Assembly (NCBI GenBank): GCA_963777615.1
Contig: CAVZSD010000031.1
Coordinates: forward strand, 7,181-71,180
DNA: 64,000 nt
Source: an uncultured Bacteroidota bacterium
GTDB taxonomy: Bacteria > Bacteroidota > Ignavibacteria > Ignavibacteriales > Ignavibacteriaceae
Reading direction: 5' to 3'
The position numbers were made by a program, and so were the translations under genes. The notes beneath the pieces were generated by a model that did not search any database, was not told the origin of the DNA, and saw nothing but the letters and a program-made list of their open reading frames with translations. Each line of letters opens with the position of its first letter. The first letter of the stretch is position 1. Positions 8,849 to 18,984 of the stretch are shown piece by piece.

Positions 8849-9190
8849 TTAATCCTCTGATTTTCTTTTTGGTGCTCTGTGTTTTACAGCTAATTTTGCA
8901 TCTTGTAATTTTCTACCTAAGAGATCATCATTCGCAACATTTAACAAATCATCCGCCAAGCCCAGTACAGATAAAACCTGTGTAAAGTTTCCAAGGCTTA
9001 CACCGGGATTTCCTTTTTCAATTTCATACAAAGTTCTTCTGCCAATTCCTGCCCTTTCGGCAACTTGCTGAGTACTTAATTTTCTTCTCAAACGAGCAAG
9101 TCTGAGGTTCTCTCCAAGCACTCTTACAATATTAACGGTTTTATTTTGAAACATAGTTACAGTTCCTTCATAATGAGTTTTATACTGCAC
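8849..9190 (-). CDS. hipB: XRE-family HTH antitoxin (HipB-like)
   Basis: ..LRLARLRRKLSTQQVAERAGIGRRTLYEIEKGNPGVSL.. It lies 3 nt upstream of hipA. The start could instead be the internal ATG at 9154. Confidence 0.8.
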   Translation of the reverse strand: MQYKTHYEGTVTMFQNKTVNIVRVLGENLRLARLRRKLSTQQVAERAGIGRRTLYEIEKGNPGVSLGNFTQVLSVLGLADDLLNVANDDLLGRKLQDAKLAVKHRAPKRKSED

Positions 9191-9690
9191 AAATATAGTA
9201 AGTTTTGGGCAAAATACCGCACATTATCAAACAATAAATTGAGGTGGAACAATACATTATTTTGTGTTTCTAACGAAAGGAGTAAAATACATTCCACTTA
9301 AATGAACTAAAATAAAAACCCGTTCATATCAACAGTAAAACTTTTTCATCTAAAGTTATTCAATTCCTAAATGTTTTTTTATAATTCCAAATTTGATATT
9401 GTCCTAATTTCCATAATCATTAACGAATAATTCATCCATCGACTCCGCTCAGGATGACGATTTAATTACATTAGAAATGGTAACGGAGTTGAACCATGAC
9501 TCAGTTATGCAAATTAAAACACTGCTCCAAATTTGTCTCACTGAAATGCCGTCTCTTAGAAATATTTACATTGCTGGAATAAGGACGCACGTATGCAAAA
9601 AGGCGGTATTACTTATACATTTTTTCTTTTAACATTTTGGTGTTTCTTTTCTATTTGCAGAAAAGAAAAAGCTCACCCAAATAAAATTAA

Positions 9691-9775
9691 TCGAAATTAT
9701 ACAGATGTTTTTTAAAATACTTTTTACTACATTCTGCGCGTGTTAATTTAAATTGAAATCGCCAATCGCAATTAT
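9691..9775 (+). repeat. Degenerate family-A repeat (module Y), plus orientation
   Basis: ATTATACAGATGTTTTTTAAAATACTTTTTACTACATTCT..AAATTGAAATCGCCAATCGCAATTAT aligns with 17570-17650. Confidence 0.55.
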
Positions 9776-10097
9776 ATAATTAGGATATTTGAATAAAGTC
9801 GGCACTTACGAGAATGCCTAAATTATAAAACACATTGCATTATTTGGCTTGTTGGATAATAGATTAGCGATATCATATTTTATAACAGTATTATCTTATG
9901 AGATTTTGTAAAACCCGAAATATGGTTATGCCGCTGTGCCCATATCTATGCTCTTTAGATTAATTTCTTGTGAAGTATAATTACTAGTTATAAGCTTAGT
10001 ATCAGAGTAAGTATAATCAAAATACAATAGATCTATTAGCGGCTGTTCAGTGAAAAGTCAGATGTATTTATATTAAACATTAAAAAAGGAACATATT

Positions 10098-10967
10098 ATG
10101 GTTTCAAATATTCAAAAAGAAAAAGCCGAACTGTTCTTGAAATTTCATCATGACAAAGAAATTCTGGTTCTGTTAAACTCGTGGGACATCGGAAGCTCTA
10201 AATTAATAGAAGCAAGCGGCTATAAAGCAATCGCAACAACAAGTATGGGAATAGCTGCCTCTTTAGGGTATCCTGACTGCCAGGTAATACAATTGTCGGA
10301 AATGATTGAAGCTATTACGGGAATAGTAAACGCAGTAAAAGTTCCGGTATCGGTGGATATAGAAGCCGGGTATGGAAATAATTTAAATGAAATAATTGAT
10401 TCTGTTAAAAAGATAATTGCAACAGGAATTGTTGGAATTAACATTGAAGACAGCATTGATTTAAATCCAATATTAATTGACGAGATGGAATTTTGTGAAA
10501 GAATATCAGCCATTCGTGCATTATCAGATTCACTGGGCTTTCATTTAGTAATTAATGCAAGAACGGATTCATTTTATACTTCGTCAGGTTCGCCGCAAGA
10601 AAAATTATCCGAATCAATTAAGCGCGGCAATAAATACCGGGAAGCCGGTGCCGACTGCATATTCGTACAGCCTGTATGGGAAAAAGAAACGATTTCAACA
10701 TTGGTTAAGGAAATTAATGCTCCAATAAATATTCTTTCAAACCCTACAATTGGGGCAGGATTACCCCTATCCGTTAGTGAACTGCAGGATTTAGGTGTTG
10801 CCCGTTTAAGTCTTGGTTCAAGTTTAATGAAAGCTACTTTAGCTTTAATTAAAAAAGTTGCAGACGAACTCACTGAAAAAGGTACTTACAATATTTTATT
10901 AGATACCTTAACACCGTTTCCCGAAGCTGCAAAGGCATATAAAATGGCAATAGGTTTGAACAAATGA
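10098..10967 (+). CDS. Isocitrate lyase / PEP mutase superfamily protein
   Basis: ..LNSWDIGSSKLIEASGYKAIATTSMGIAASLGYPD..VSVDIEAGYG..GINIEDS.. It lacks the bona fide PEP-mutase EDK..NS motif. Confidence 0.8.
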   Translation: MVSNIQKEKAELFLKFHHDKEILVLLNSWDIGSSKLIEASGYKAIATTSMGIAASLGYPDCQVIQLSEMIEAITGIVNAVKVPVSVDIEAGYGNNLNEIIDSVKKIIATGIVGINIEDSIDLNPILIDEMEFCERISAIRALSDSLGFHLVINARTDSFYTSSGSPQEKLSESIKRGNKYREAGADCIFVQPVWEKETISTLVKEINAPINILSNPTIGAGLPLSVSELQDLGVARLSLGSSLMKATLALIKKVADELTEKGTYNILLDTLTPFPEAAKAYKMAIGLNK

Positions 10968-11326
10968 GTATAGCTGCTAACATTGACTATACGAAATCCA
11001 TGTTATTCATTACTCTGAAAATTCCGCAGAAATTTTCACGTTAGTGCTCTTTGTATAGTCACCCCAATAAATAGATGTGTTAACTTTTAGGGAAATTGTG
11101 ATTAAAGGATAACCTAGCAATTCATTGCTGTGAGATGAGAACAGATAGAAAACGCATTAACTGTTTTAACAGTTTAACATGACCGGTAAACCTTATTATT
11201 TTACAACGATATTTATAAAGGAACGACAATTGAATATGGGAAGGTAAACACTTCTTCTTTGCCGGTAAATGGGGTTACGAAAATAAAAAAGTAATTTATG
11301 TTATTGATATAATTGGAAATTTATAA

Positions 11327-12130
11327 ATGATTCTTAAACCAACTTTCCCAACAAAATTGCATCAAAAAACTGCTGAATTAGTTAGAGATTATTTTCTGAC
11401 AATACCAAATGTGGATACTATTTTGATTGTAAATTCTTGTGCCCGCGGCCAAGCAATTCCAGAAAGCGATCTTGACGTTGCTATTTTAGTTAAGTCAAGC
11501 ACTACTAAATTGGAAATAAAAGAAATTGAAATTAATTGGGAAAATTATTGTAGTAATCAACCAGAAATTTTAGAATATAAAAAATTAAATCGTTTTACTC
11601 ATTTACACTTAGATATCATTGATGGAATATATACGCCAACAATATTAGAAGTTGGAGCAGAATCAGACAATTTTGAAATTGAAATAGGAAATCAAATTTG
11701 TTACTCTGCGCCGATGAGTAATATCGGTTCGTATTTTGAAGAACTAAAAAATAAATGGCTGCCATATTATAATGAAGAATTAAGATTGGAAAGATTAGAT
11801 ATGATGCGAAGTGCTTGTGAATATGATTTAGAACATATTCCATATTTTATAAGAAGGGGTTTACATTTTCAAGCATTGGACATACTCTTTAAAGCTTTTC
11901 AAGAATATCTACAAGCACTTTTTATTGCTAATAGGATTTATCCAATTGCGTATAACAAATGGATAAAAGAACAAGTTATAAATTGGCTGAATAAACCAGA
12001 AGTGTATTCAAAATTTGCTTCTATTCTTTCAGTTAGTAATATTGAAAGTAATGAGATAAATGATAAAGCAAAAATGCTCTATGAGCTTTTAAATAATTTG
12101 TCAAATGAATATTTGACAAAAAACAACTAA
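11327..12130 (+). CDS. Nucleotidyltransferase-domain protein with helical C-terminal domain
   Basis: ..ILIVNSCARGQAIPESDLDVAILV.. (G-x-DxD NTase motif), then a helical tail ..WLPYYNEELRLERL.. Confidence 0.7.
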   Translation: MILKPTFPTKLHQKTAELVRDYFLTIPNVDTILIVNSCARGQAIPESDLDVAILVKSSTTKLEIKEIEINWENYCSNQPEILEYKKLNRFTHLHLDIIDGIYTPTILEVGAESDNFEIEIGNQICYSAPMSNIGSYFEELKNKWLPYYNEELRLERLDMMRSACEYDLEHIPYFIRRGLHFQALDILFKAFQEYLQALFIANRIYPIAYNKWIKEQVINWLNKPEVYSKFASILSVSNIESNEINDKAKMLYELLNNLSNEYLTKNN

Positions 12131-12339
12131 CAAGCATTCAGCCGAACATCTTTGTAATAGAACTGTGGCGAAGCTGTTTTCAAAGAGAAGTATGTGCTGT
12201 TCCTATGTAAAGTGTAATTAAAGGTTAACACTGTATTTCGTAAAATATTGAATAGAGATTTGCTGCTGCACGTATATTTATTTTCTTTCGGTTATTTTGT
12301 GTGAGTATAAGTATAAATTAAATAGATAAAAAAAATATT

Positions 12340-13125
12340 ATGGAAAAACATCATCAAGAACCTATAGATAAGTTTTTAAATATTTACAAAAAAGACCAAT
12401 CAATTTTGGCCGTGCTTTTAGCTGGTTCAATTGCTCATGGATTTTCAAAACCAGATTCTGACATAGACATTTGTTTGGTTGTAGATTCAGAGGAATTTAA
12501 TAGACGAAAAGCTGATAATAAATTAGCTTTTAGTTTGTGGGATTTTTGTGAGTATGAAGGTGGATATATTGATTGTAAAGTTGTGGACTTAAAATTTTTA
12601 GAAAAGATATCTGTACATGGGAGTGATCCGGCAAGATACGCTTTTATGGATAATAAAATTCTTTTTTCCAGAATAAACAATTTGAATGATGTATTAAAAA
12701 ATATTTCGAGATATCCGGTCAAGGAAATTGAAGAACGCAGGAGAAGATTTGCATCTCAATTACTTGCCTGGAAATGGTACTATAGTGAAGCTGTAAAAAA
12801 AGAGAATAAATATTTAATTTTTCTTTCATTACAGAAAATAGTTTTATTCTCTAGTAGAATAGTTCTTAATGAAAACAAATTATTTTTTCCGTATCACAAA
12901 TGGATGTTAAAAGTTGTTGAAAAAACAGATAACAAGCCTTCGGAATTGATTGCGAAAATAAATTCATTGTTTGAGGATCATAACCTTAAAAAAGTAAATG
13001 AATTTTGTGAAGTAATTTTGGAATTTATAAACTACAATGAGAAGAGTGTAGACTGGCCAAATTATTTCCTAAAAGATAGTGAACAAAATTGGGTTAACCA
13101 TGAACCGCCAATTGATGACATATAA
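12340..13125 (+). CDS. Nucleotidyltransferase-domain protein (KNTase/ANT-like architecture)
   Basis: ..LLAGSIAHGFSKPDSDIDICLVV.. plus a helical C-terminal domain. 261 aa. Confidence 0.7.
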   Translation: MEKHHQEPIDKFLNIYKKDQSILAVLLAGSIAHGFSKPDSDIDICLVVDSEEFNRRKADNKLAFSLWDFCEYEGGYIDCKVVDLKFLEKISVHGSDPARYAFMDNKILFSRINNLNDVLKNISRYPVKEIEERRRRFASQLLAWKWYYSEAVKKENKYLIFLSLQKIVLFSSRIVLNENKLFFPYHKWMLKVVEKTDNKPSELIAKINSLFEDHNLKKVNEFCEVILEFINYNEKSVDWPNYFLKDSEQNWVNHEPPIDDI

Positions 13126-13345
13126 ATATATGTATGTGGTATAACCCCTTTAATAAGTAAAAAGTCAATAGAAGCAGCAAAGTTAAAAAATTGCAATTCG
13201 ATTTAGTAATAAAAAGTTATTAGTAAACTTGCTCAAGGTGTTCGTGCTTAACATTCCGTCGTTGCAGATTTTAAATTATTAACGTTGCGGTTTTATCCAG
13301 CATAATTATTCAAATCTATTTGATATGTATTGAAAGGAAAATAAA

Positions 13346-13843
13346 ATGAAAAATGTTACCATAATAGCACTCTTATCATTACTAACATTAAGCTGCAGTA
13401 CGGGTGATAAAATTGACAATACTATTAACACAAATAAACAGAAAGGAATAATTATGAATGACACGATACCAAAAGTAACTGGAATTGGTGGAATTTTCTT
13501 TTATTCAGATAACCTGAAGGAAACCAAAGAATGGTATATCAAAAATTTAGGAATTGAATTCAATGATTGGGGTTCGTCAAGTTTTGAATCCAGGAACATT
13601 AACAATCCTGACGAGATAAACTCTCTTCAATGGAAACCTTTCAAAAAAGGAGATGAATATTTTTCCCCCTCCCAAAAAGATTTTATGATTAATTACACAG
13701 TTCAGAATATTGAAGGACTTGTAAACAAACTTAAAGAAAACGGAGTAACCATACTTGACAGCATTGCGGCTTATGACTTTGGAAAATTTGTTCATATTAT
13801 GGACGCAGAAGGAAACAAGATTGAACTATGGGAACCTAAATGA
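13346..13843 (+). CDS. VOC/glyoxalase-family lipoprotein
   Basis: Lipoprotein signal MKNVTIIALLSLLTLSC. ..GIGGIFFYSDN..TKEWY..LG..; ..GKFVHIMDAEGNKIELWEP has a typical VOC end. Confidence 0.7.
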   Translation: MKNVTIIALLSLLTLSCSTGDKIDNTINTNKQKGIIMNDTIPKVTGIGGIFFYSDNLKETKEWYIKNLGIEFNDWGSSSFESRNINNPDEINSLQWKPFKKGDEYFSPSQKDFMINYTVQNIEGLVNKLKENGVTILDSIAAYDFGKFVHIMDAEGNKIELWEPK

Positions 13844-14166
13844 TAGCTTTTATTAAAAGATAGGTGGATCAAAAACAAAATAATAATTATATGTATTTAA
13901 AGAATTAAAACTATTATATCTGAGTCGCACATGACTCGCAAATCAAACTGCTGCTGTTTTGGTTTACTTGTCAAAAATAATCGTTCTCATTAATAAACTT
14001 GTAAACAGTTCTTGCTATGAAATTAATCATTCGACAAGTGGGGACTAAAACTTCGGCAGATGTTTTTTAAGGGGTATTGTTAAGCGCCAATCAACAAGGG
14101 AATATTAATTTGATTTCGGAATTAAGTGAAATTTTTAGTAATGCTAAATTTCCATAGGAGAAGTTA

Positions 14167-14871
14167 ATGAAAGAAGAAATTCAGAAGCGATTTGAGGAAA
14201 TCGATCAGTACGATACAATGATGTCAAAGATATTCCCGGGATACGAACAATTTCCATTAGTCCTGCTATCACATCTGCGAACAATGGTTGGTTCCAAGGC
14301 AAGTGTCCTTGATGTTGGGTGCGGCTCAGGTACAAACCTGGTAACTTTTGCTGCCAACCAGCCGGAATGGTCTCTTATCGGTGTAGATCCAGCCGAACCA
14401 ATGTTGAAATATACCCTTAATAAATTCAAAGCCATAAATGCTGAAAAGCGTGTAAAATTAATTAATGGAACAGTTAATACACTGCCAAATGATTCAAAAT
14501 TTGACTTGGCTACATGCATTTTAGTTGAACATCTCTTACCAGACGATGGAAGGAAGTTAGAACTACTAAAAGGTATTTACAATAGAATTGTACCGGGGGG
14601 ATGGTTAATAATTGCCGGACTGAATGGAGACCTTAAAACTGCTGTGGCGAGAAACAAATTAAATGCGTGGCTGGAGTTCTTAGCTTTGCAAGGACTGCCA
14701 AAGGAAACTCAAAACAATGTTCTTCACCGGGCTACTGTTGAGGACTCCTTAGTGTCTGAAGAGCGTATTAGAGAACTGCTGTCACAAGCCGGATATATTA
14801 ACATCGAACGGATTTATCAGATTCAATTACTTGGAGCATGGTGCGCACAGAAAAGTTTAATTGTTAATTAA
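14167..14871 (+). CDS. Class I SAM-dependent methyltransferase
   Basis: Motif I ..VLDVGCGSGTN.., ..LIGVDPAEPML.. Confidence 0.8.
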   Translation: MKEEIQKRFEEIDQYDTMMSKIFPGYEQFPLVLLSHLRTMVGSKASVLDVGCGSGTNLVTFAANQPEWSLIGVDPAEPMLKYTLNKFKAINAEKRVKLINGTVNTLPNDSKFDLATCILVEHLLPDDGRKLELLKGIYNRIVPGGWLIIAGLNGDLKTAVARNKLNAWLEFLALQGLPKETQNNVLHRATVEDSLVSEERIRELLSQAGYINIERIYQIQLLGAWCAQKSLIVN

Positions 14872-15062
14872 AAGAATACAATATATTTTAAATCATATGT
14901 GAGGATAAGGGATGCCAACCCTTTGATAGCTGATAGCAAAAAGGTTAACTCCGGAATTTATCCCGGTGAGATAAAGTTAACTCCCAAATCATTAAGCTGT
15001 TTTAATTTATCTGCCGGGGGTAGACAGTTAACATCTCTTACAAAATAAAATTAATAGTAACT

Positions 15063-15212
15063 ATACCGATGTTTTTTATCAGAATCTCGCATAGCGATCA
15101 CAATGTGAGATCACTATGTCGAAAAACTTTTTCTTTTCTTCTTCTCGGTTTTATAAAATAGAAATCCGCAATCGCATTTACATGCGCAGATTAGATGAAA
15201 AGGGAAGCAAGC
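15063..15212 (+). repeat. Family-A modular intergenic repeat (module Y)
   Basis: ATACCGATGTTTTTTATCAGAATCTCGCATAGCGATCACAATGTGAGATCAC..CGGTTTTATAAAATAGAAATCCGCAATCGCATTTACATGCGCAG..GGGAAGCAAGC. Confidence 0.85.
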
Positions 15213-15362
15213 ATAAATGCAATATTAAAATGATTGATTACTTAATTGTTAAAACGAGAGAATATATTATGCAAAATGTGTATAATTAGATACTAATCAA
15301 TAATTATTTCTTGCAGCATGATTAGTAAATAGGTGTTTTAAAAAAACTTAGAGGGGTACGAG

Positions 15363-16408
15363 ATGAAAACAAAAGTATTTTTGGGATTTCTTTTTCTCTC
15401 ATCATTATTGATAGCTCAGCCAAACTTAACAATAGACTCAATTGTTGTTAAAACTTCACACGATACAATTTATGTTTGGGACTACAACGCCTGGGAACAA
15501 TGTGCATTTCAACTTGATTATGCAGTTGAAGTAAGTGATTCGGTTATTACAATCACCCAAATAGATACTGCTGAAGATGCTACAACTTGTTATGGTTTTC
15601 ATGATTTTGTTGTACCAGTAATAAATTTAAATGAAGGAATTATCGAATTGATATTTACAGAGATTGCCTCTATGAAGATGTTAAATTTATTAAATCATTT
15701 CGGTATGAATACCGTCGTCCCGGTTGGGAAGAGAATATTGTCTTATCTCCCGATAGTATTTTTTTATCCGGCAATTATTTACAAGACTCATGTAATATTA
15801 TTAATAATTCAGATCAGAGTGTTTATTTGGATTCGATTTATAATAAATCTCCCGCATCATTTTATTATAACATTAAAAGGGACAGCGAGTATATAATCTA
15901 TTATTTCAGAATATATCATTATGAACCAGGTGATTCAATCCACGTACTTCTAAATCCAAAAGATACTTTAACATTCTTTATAGCTGGTGTTGATGTATGC
16001 CCGGTTTGCAAAAAACAAACAGACGGATTTCTAAAGGATACACTCACCTTTGTATTTTCTAATGATTCAAACCAAACAACTAAAAAGCAGCTTTTATTAG
16101 ATAGTGACATTTCTTTAGGTATTGAAGATTATAAACCAAATGTAAGCTCATTTTACTTATCTCAGAATTATCCCAATCCGTTTAATCCAGGCACAACAAT
16201 AAAATATTCAATTCCAAAATCATGCTTTGTAACATTGAAAATTTATGATTTGCTTGGTAAAGAAATTATGACTTTAGTTAATGAAGAAAAAACAACTGGA
16301 AATTATGAGATAAATTTTGATGGTAAAAATCTTTCCAGCGGTGTTTATTTTTATAGAATACAAGCCGGGAGTTTTTCTGACGCAAAGAAATTTATTTTGC
16401 TAAGATAA
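15363..16408 (+). pseudogene. Secreted protein with T9SS C-terminal sorting domain, frameshifted
   Basis: Signal peptide MKTKVFLGFLFLSSLLIAQ. The C-terminus ..LSQNYPNPFNPGTTIKYSIP..YFYRIQAGSFSDAKKFILLR is in the second ORF (15827..16408). The frames switch at ~15640-15830. Confidence 0.65.
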
Positions 16409-16477
16409 GAAAAACACCAAACTCATTGCTCAAGACGACAGCTATTTCGCTTCGACAATTTTATGGTTTATTGGATT

Positions 16478-16709
16478 GTCATTTCGAACGAGTCATCGAG
16501 TGAGAAATCTATTAATTTCATCACGGAGAAGATTTTTCCGGTGTTAATAATTAATCGTACTTGTATTTACCTCCCGAAACTCATTTACTAAAAAAGTGCA
16601 GGGAGGCCGATGTTTTTTAAAAACATTTTATTACCTTCTTTGCGGTTTTATGAAATGGAAAACCGCAAATGTATACATGCACAGACATCTTGATAACGGG
16701 AAGCAAACG
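16478..16709 (+). repeat. Family-A modular intergenic repeat (modules X+Y)
   Basis: GTCATTTCGAACGAGTCATCGAGTGAGAAATCTATTA..TTCCGGTGTTAATAATTAATCGTACTTGTATTTACCTCCCGAAAC..CCGATGTTTTTTAAAA..GCGGTTTTATGAAATGGAAAACCGCAAATGTATACATGCACAG..GGGAAGCAAACG. Confidence 0.85.
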
Positions 16710-16829
16710 TTGATATGTAAGCAAGAAATTTATAATGCAGTATAAGTAATAGCTATGCCTCTAACAAATCATTGAATATTTTAAGAGCAAATTTTATATA
16801 TTAGTTAGCATTATTTAGAAAGGCAAAAG

Positions 16830-17009
16830 ATGACAACTAAAGAAAAAGTAAAAAAAGAAATTGATAAATTACCTGATGAGACAATAGAAAAGGTATATAA
16901 ATATATTGCTACTTTAAGAGCAAAGACTGTACAAAAAAAGAAGATTCATACATTTAATCTTAAAGGACAGCTCGATAATGTAAAGGTTCGAGAAAGAGCG
17001 TATGAATAA
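16830..17009 (+). CDS. Small antitoxin (VapB-like position)
   Basis: 59-aa ORF that is not in the supplied track: MTTKEKVKKEIDKLPDETIEKVYKYIATLRAK.. It overlaps the vapC ATG by 8 nt (ATGAATAA). Confidence 0.55.
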   Translation: MTTKEKVKKEIDKLPDETIEKVYKYIATLRAKTVQKKKIHTFNLKGQLDNVKVRERAYE

Positions 17010-17412
17010 ATTATTGATAGATACGAATATTCTAATTTATTCAATAGATGAAGACTCAAAATATTTTAATAAATCTCAAAACTTATTTTCAGAACATTTC
17101 GAATTATACACAACATCAAAAAACTTATCGGAATTTCTCTCTGTTGTAACAAGGCTTCCTAAAAATTCATTATCATTAGACGATGCCTTACTTGTAGTTG
17201 AAGATTTTATCAGTGTAATGACAATTCTATATCCGGATAAAGAATCTTTTTTGATATTTCAAAGTCTATTGCGAAAGTATAAACCAACCGGATTAAAAAT
17301 ACATGACTTTGAAATATTGAGTATAGGTTTGGCAAATAACATAAATACAGTGGCTACACTTAATGAAAAAGATTTTAAGGAAGTTAAGGAAATAAAATTA
17401 CAATATATTTAA
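17002..17412 (+). CDS. vapC: PIN-domain toxin VapC
   Basis: MNKLLIDTNILIYSIDEDS..LYTTSKNLSEFLSV..HDFEILSIGLANNINTVATLNEKDF shows the PIN D..E..D..D pattern. Confidence 0.8.
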   Translation: MNKLLIDTNILIYSIDEDSKYFNKSQNLFSEHFELYTTSKNLSEFLSVVTRLPKNSLSLDDALLVVEDFISVMTILYPDKESFLIFQSLLRKYKPTGLKIHDFEILSIGLANNINTVATLNEKDFKEVKEIKLQYI

Positions 17413-17483
17413 ACAGCAAGGCATAACCCGTGGCTTAAGGCGACAGCTATTACGCACTCGACAGTTTTATCGTTTATTGTATT

Positions 17484-17673
17484 GTCATTTCGAACGAGTC
17501 ATCGAGTGAGAAATCTATTACTTTATCACGGAAAGAGGTTTTTCCGGCGTTAATAATTAATCGTACTTATACCGATGTTTTTTAAAATGCTTTTTATTAC
17601 ATTCTTTTCGGTTTTATTAAATAGAAATCCGCAATCGCATTTACATGCGCAGACTATATAATAAGGGAAGAGG
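17484..17673 (+). repeat. Family-A modular intergenic repeat (modules X+Y)
   Basis: GTCATTTCGAACGAGTCATCGAGTGAGAAATCTATTAC..TTCCGGCGTTAATAATTAATCGTACTTATACCGATGTTTTTTAAAA..CGGTTTTATTAAATAGAAATCCGCAATCGCATTTACATGCGCAG..GGGAAGAGG. Confidence 0.85.
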
Positions 17674-17721
17674 CCGGCGATATAAAATAGATAATAGATA
17701 CACTTTAAAAGGAACTAAATT

Positions 17722-17961
17722 ATGAGTTCAAAAAGCTTATTATCTAATGAACAACAATTAATATTTTATAATGAATATCACAAATTTCTATCAAATGTTA
17801 GATATAGTAGTGAAAAGAATCATCTACACGATTTTTTTAAAAAATTAAGAAGAGAAAACAAAGATTTCAAAAAATACACTGATAAAGAACTATCGAATAA
17901 AATAATAGCTTCAAGGAGACTTGAAGGTCTAAAAAGAATGGCCAAACTTAAGCAAAGTTAA
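17722..17961 (+). CDS. Hypothetical basic 79-aa protein, possibly the N-terminal part or leader of the next gene
   Basis: ORF only. Its last codons (ATG 17938, MAKLKQS*) are one frameshift away from ..VKNYISPYNLDFINKAHQSALLAVEIYNKP of the downstream gene. Confidence 0.3.
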   Translation: MSSKSLLSNEQQLIFYNEYHKFLSNVRYSSEKNHLHDFFKKLRRENKDFKKYTDKELSNKIIASRRLEGLKRMAKLKQS

Positions 17962-18016
17962 AAATTATATATCACCCTATAATCTTGATTTTATAAATAA
18001 AGCCCACCAATCAGCG

Positions 18017-18984
18017 TTGTTGGCTGTTGAAATTTATAATAAACCTCTCGCTAACTACAGATCAGAGGGATTTATTGTTATGATGATGATCGCATGGAAC
18101 GCAATTTTTCATGCAGTTTTACTAAAAAACGGATTTAAAATAAAATATAAAGAGAAAGGAAAAGACAATTATTTAGACCTAAGAAAATGCATCAATAAAT
18201 ATACAGGTAAGCTGAAAAAGGAAATTAAGGCTAATTTGGAGTTATTAATTGAAATAAGAGATCAAATAGTTCATAGAGAAAATCCGATAATAGATGATAG
18301 GCTCTTTGGTTATTGCCAATCGTGTCTATTAAATTTTGAAAATGTCCTGTGGAAAACTTTGGCGAAAACTATCAATTGCCTAATACACTTGCGTATTCAC
18401 TTCAATTCTCCCAAAAACATAATGAAAATCAAATAGAATCAATAAAAAAATATAGAAATAGATATAGTTACAAAATCTTAGATTTTATACAAGATTATGA
18501 AAACAAACTTTACAATATTGATCCCGAAGTTTATAAAAGTCAAAGTTACTGTTTTAGAATTTATTTGATTCCTAAAATTGTAAAGGAAAACAAAGCTGAG
18601 GCGGCAGTAGAATATATAAAGTACGATGTATATGACTCTAATGTTGCTGCCGAAATAGATAAGGCCATTTTGGTAATTAAAGAAAACAGAGTTTCCGGGG
18701 ATTATTACAAGGCTGGTGATGTTTGTAAAATAGTTATGGAACGATTAAAAATTATTAAAGGACCAAATTGGAAATTTACCGCGAGTTCACATCACGCAAG
18801 ATCTGCAAAGTATTTTAAAATACGTGAAGGATATAAGACGAACAACCCAGAAAAAACTAAAAAAGAATATTGTTTTTATGATCCAACTTTCAAACAATAT
18901 ATTTATACAAAACAATGGATAGATTTTTTATCAAATCAACTAAAAGATTATAAAACATATAAAGCTATATTAAAAACGAAATAA
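18017..18984 (+). pseudogene. Helical protein with Rx4H (HEPN-type) motif, DUF3644-like; frameshifted at ~18345 and probably at the 5' end
   Basis: ..ALLAVEIYNKPLANYRSEGFIVMMMIAWNAIFHAVLL.. and EIRDQIVHRE (R at 18257-18259, H at 18272-18274). ORFs 18017..18436 and 18349..18984 join at ..LLNFENVL/ENFGENYQLP.. The DUF3644 assignment is from memory. Confidence 0.5.

Noticed and set aside
9191-10097. Chromosomal replication origin at the point where the genes diverge
   Set aside because: I found only one near-consensus DnaA box (TTATCCAAC, on the reverse strand near 9852-9860). There is no dnaA or dnaN nearby and no clustered boxes. Strand divergence alone is not sufficient evidence.
10098-14871. 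Phosphonate or antibiotic biosynthesis/resistance cluster (PEP-mutase-family + 2 NTases + VOC + methyltransferase)
   Set aside because: The ICL/PEPM-family protein lacks the PEP-mutase EDK..NS signature (it reads ..INIEDSIDLNP..). The genes are separated by 200-360-bp repeat-bearing spacers rather than being operonic. The functions are better explained as unrelated cassettes.
17413-17560. Canonical integron attC sites in the spacers (for example TAAC at 17423-17426 paired with GTTA at 17546-17549, or 10985-11047 after the ICL-family gene)
   Set aside because: I tried to pair the putative R''/L'' arms with the R'/L' arms by hand. Only 5-8 bp of complementarity appeared, with no convincing L-box stem, and no intI gene is visible. 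I kept only the weaker 'cassette-like' hypothesis in the findings. The attC covariance model should decide.
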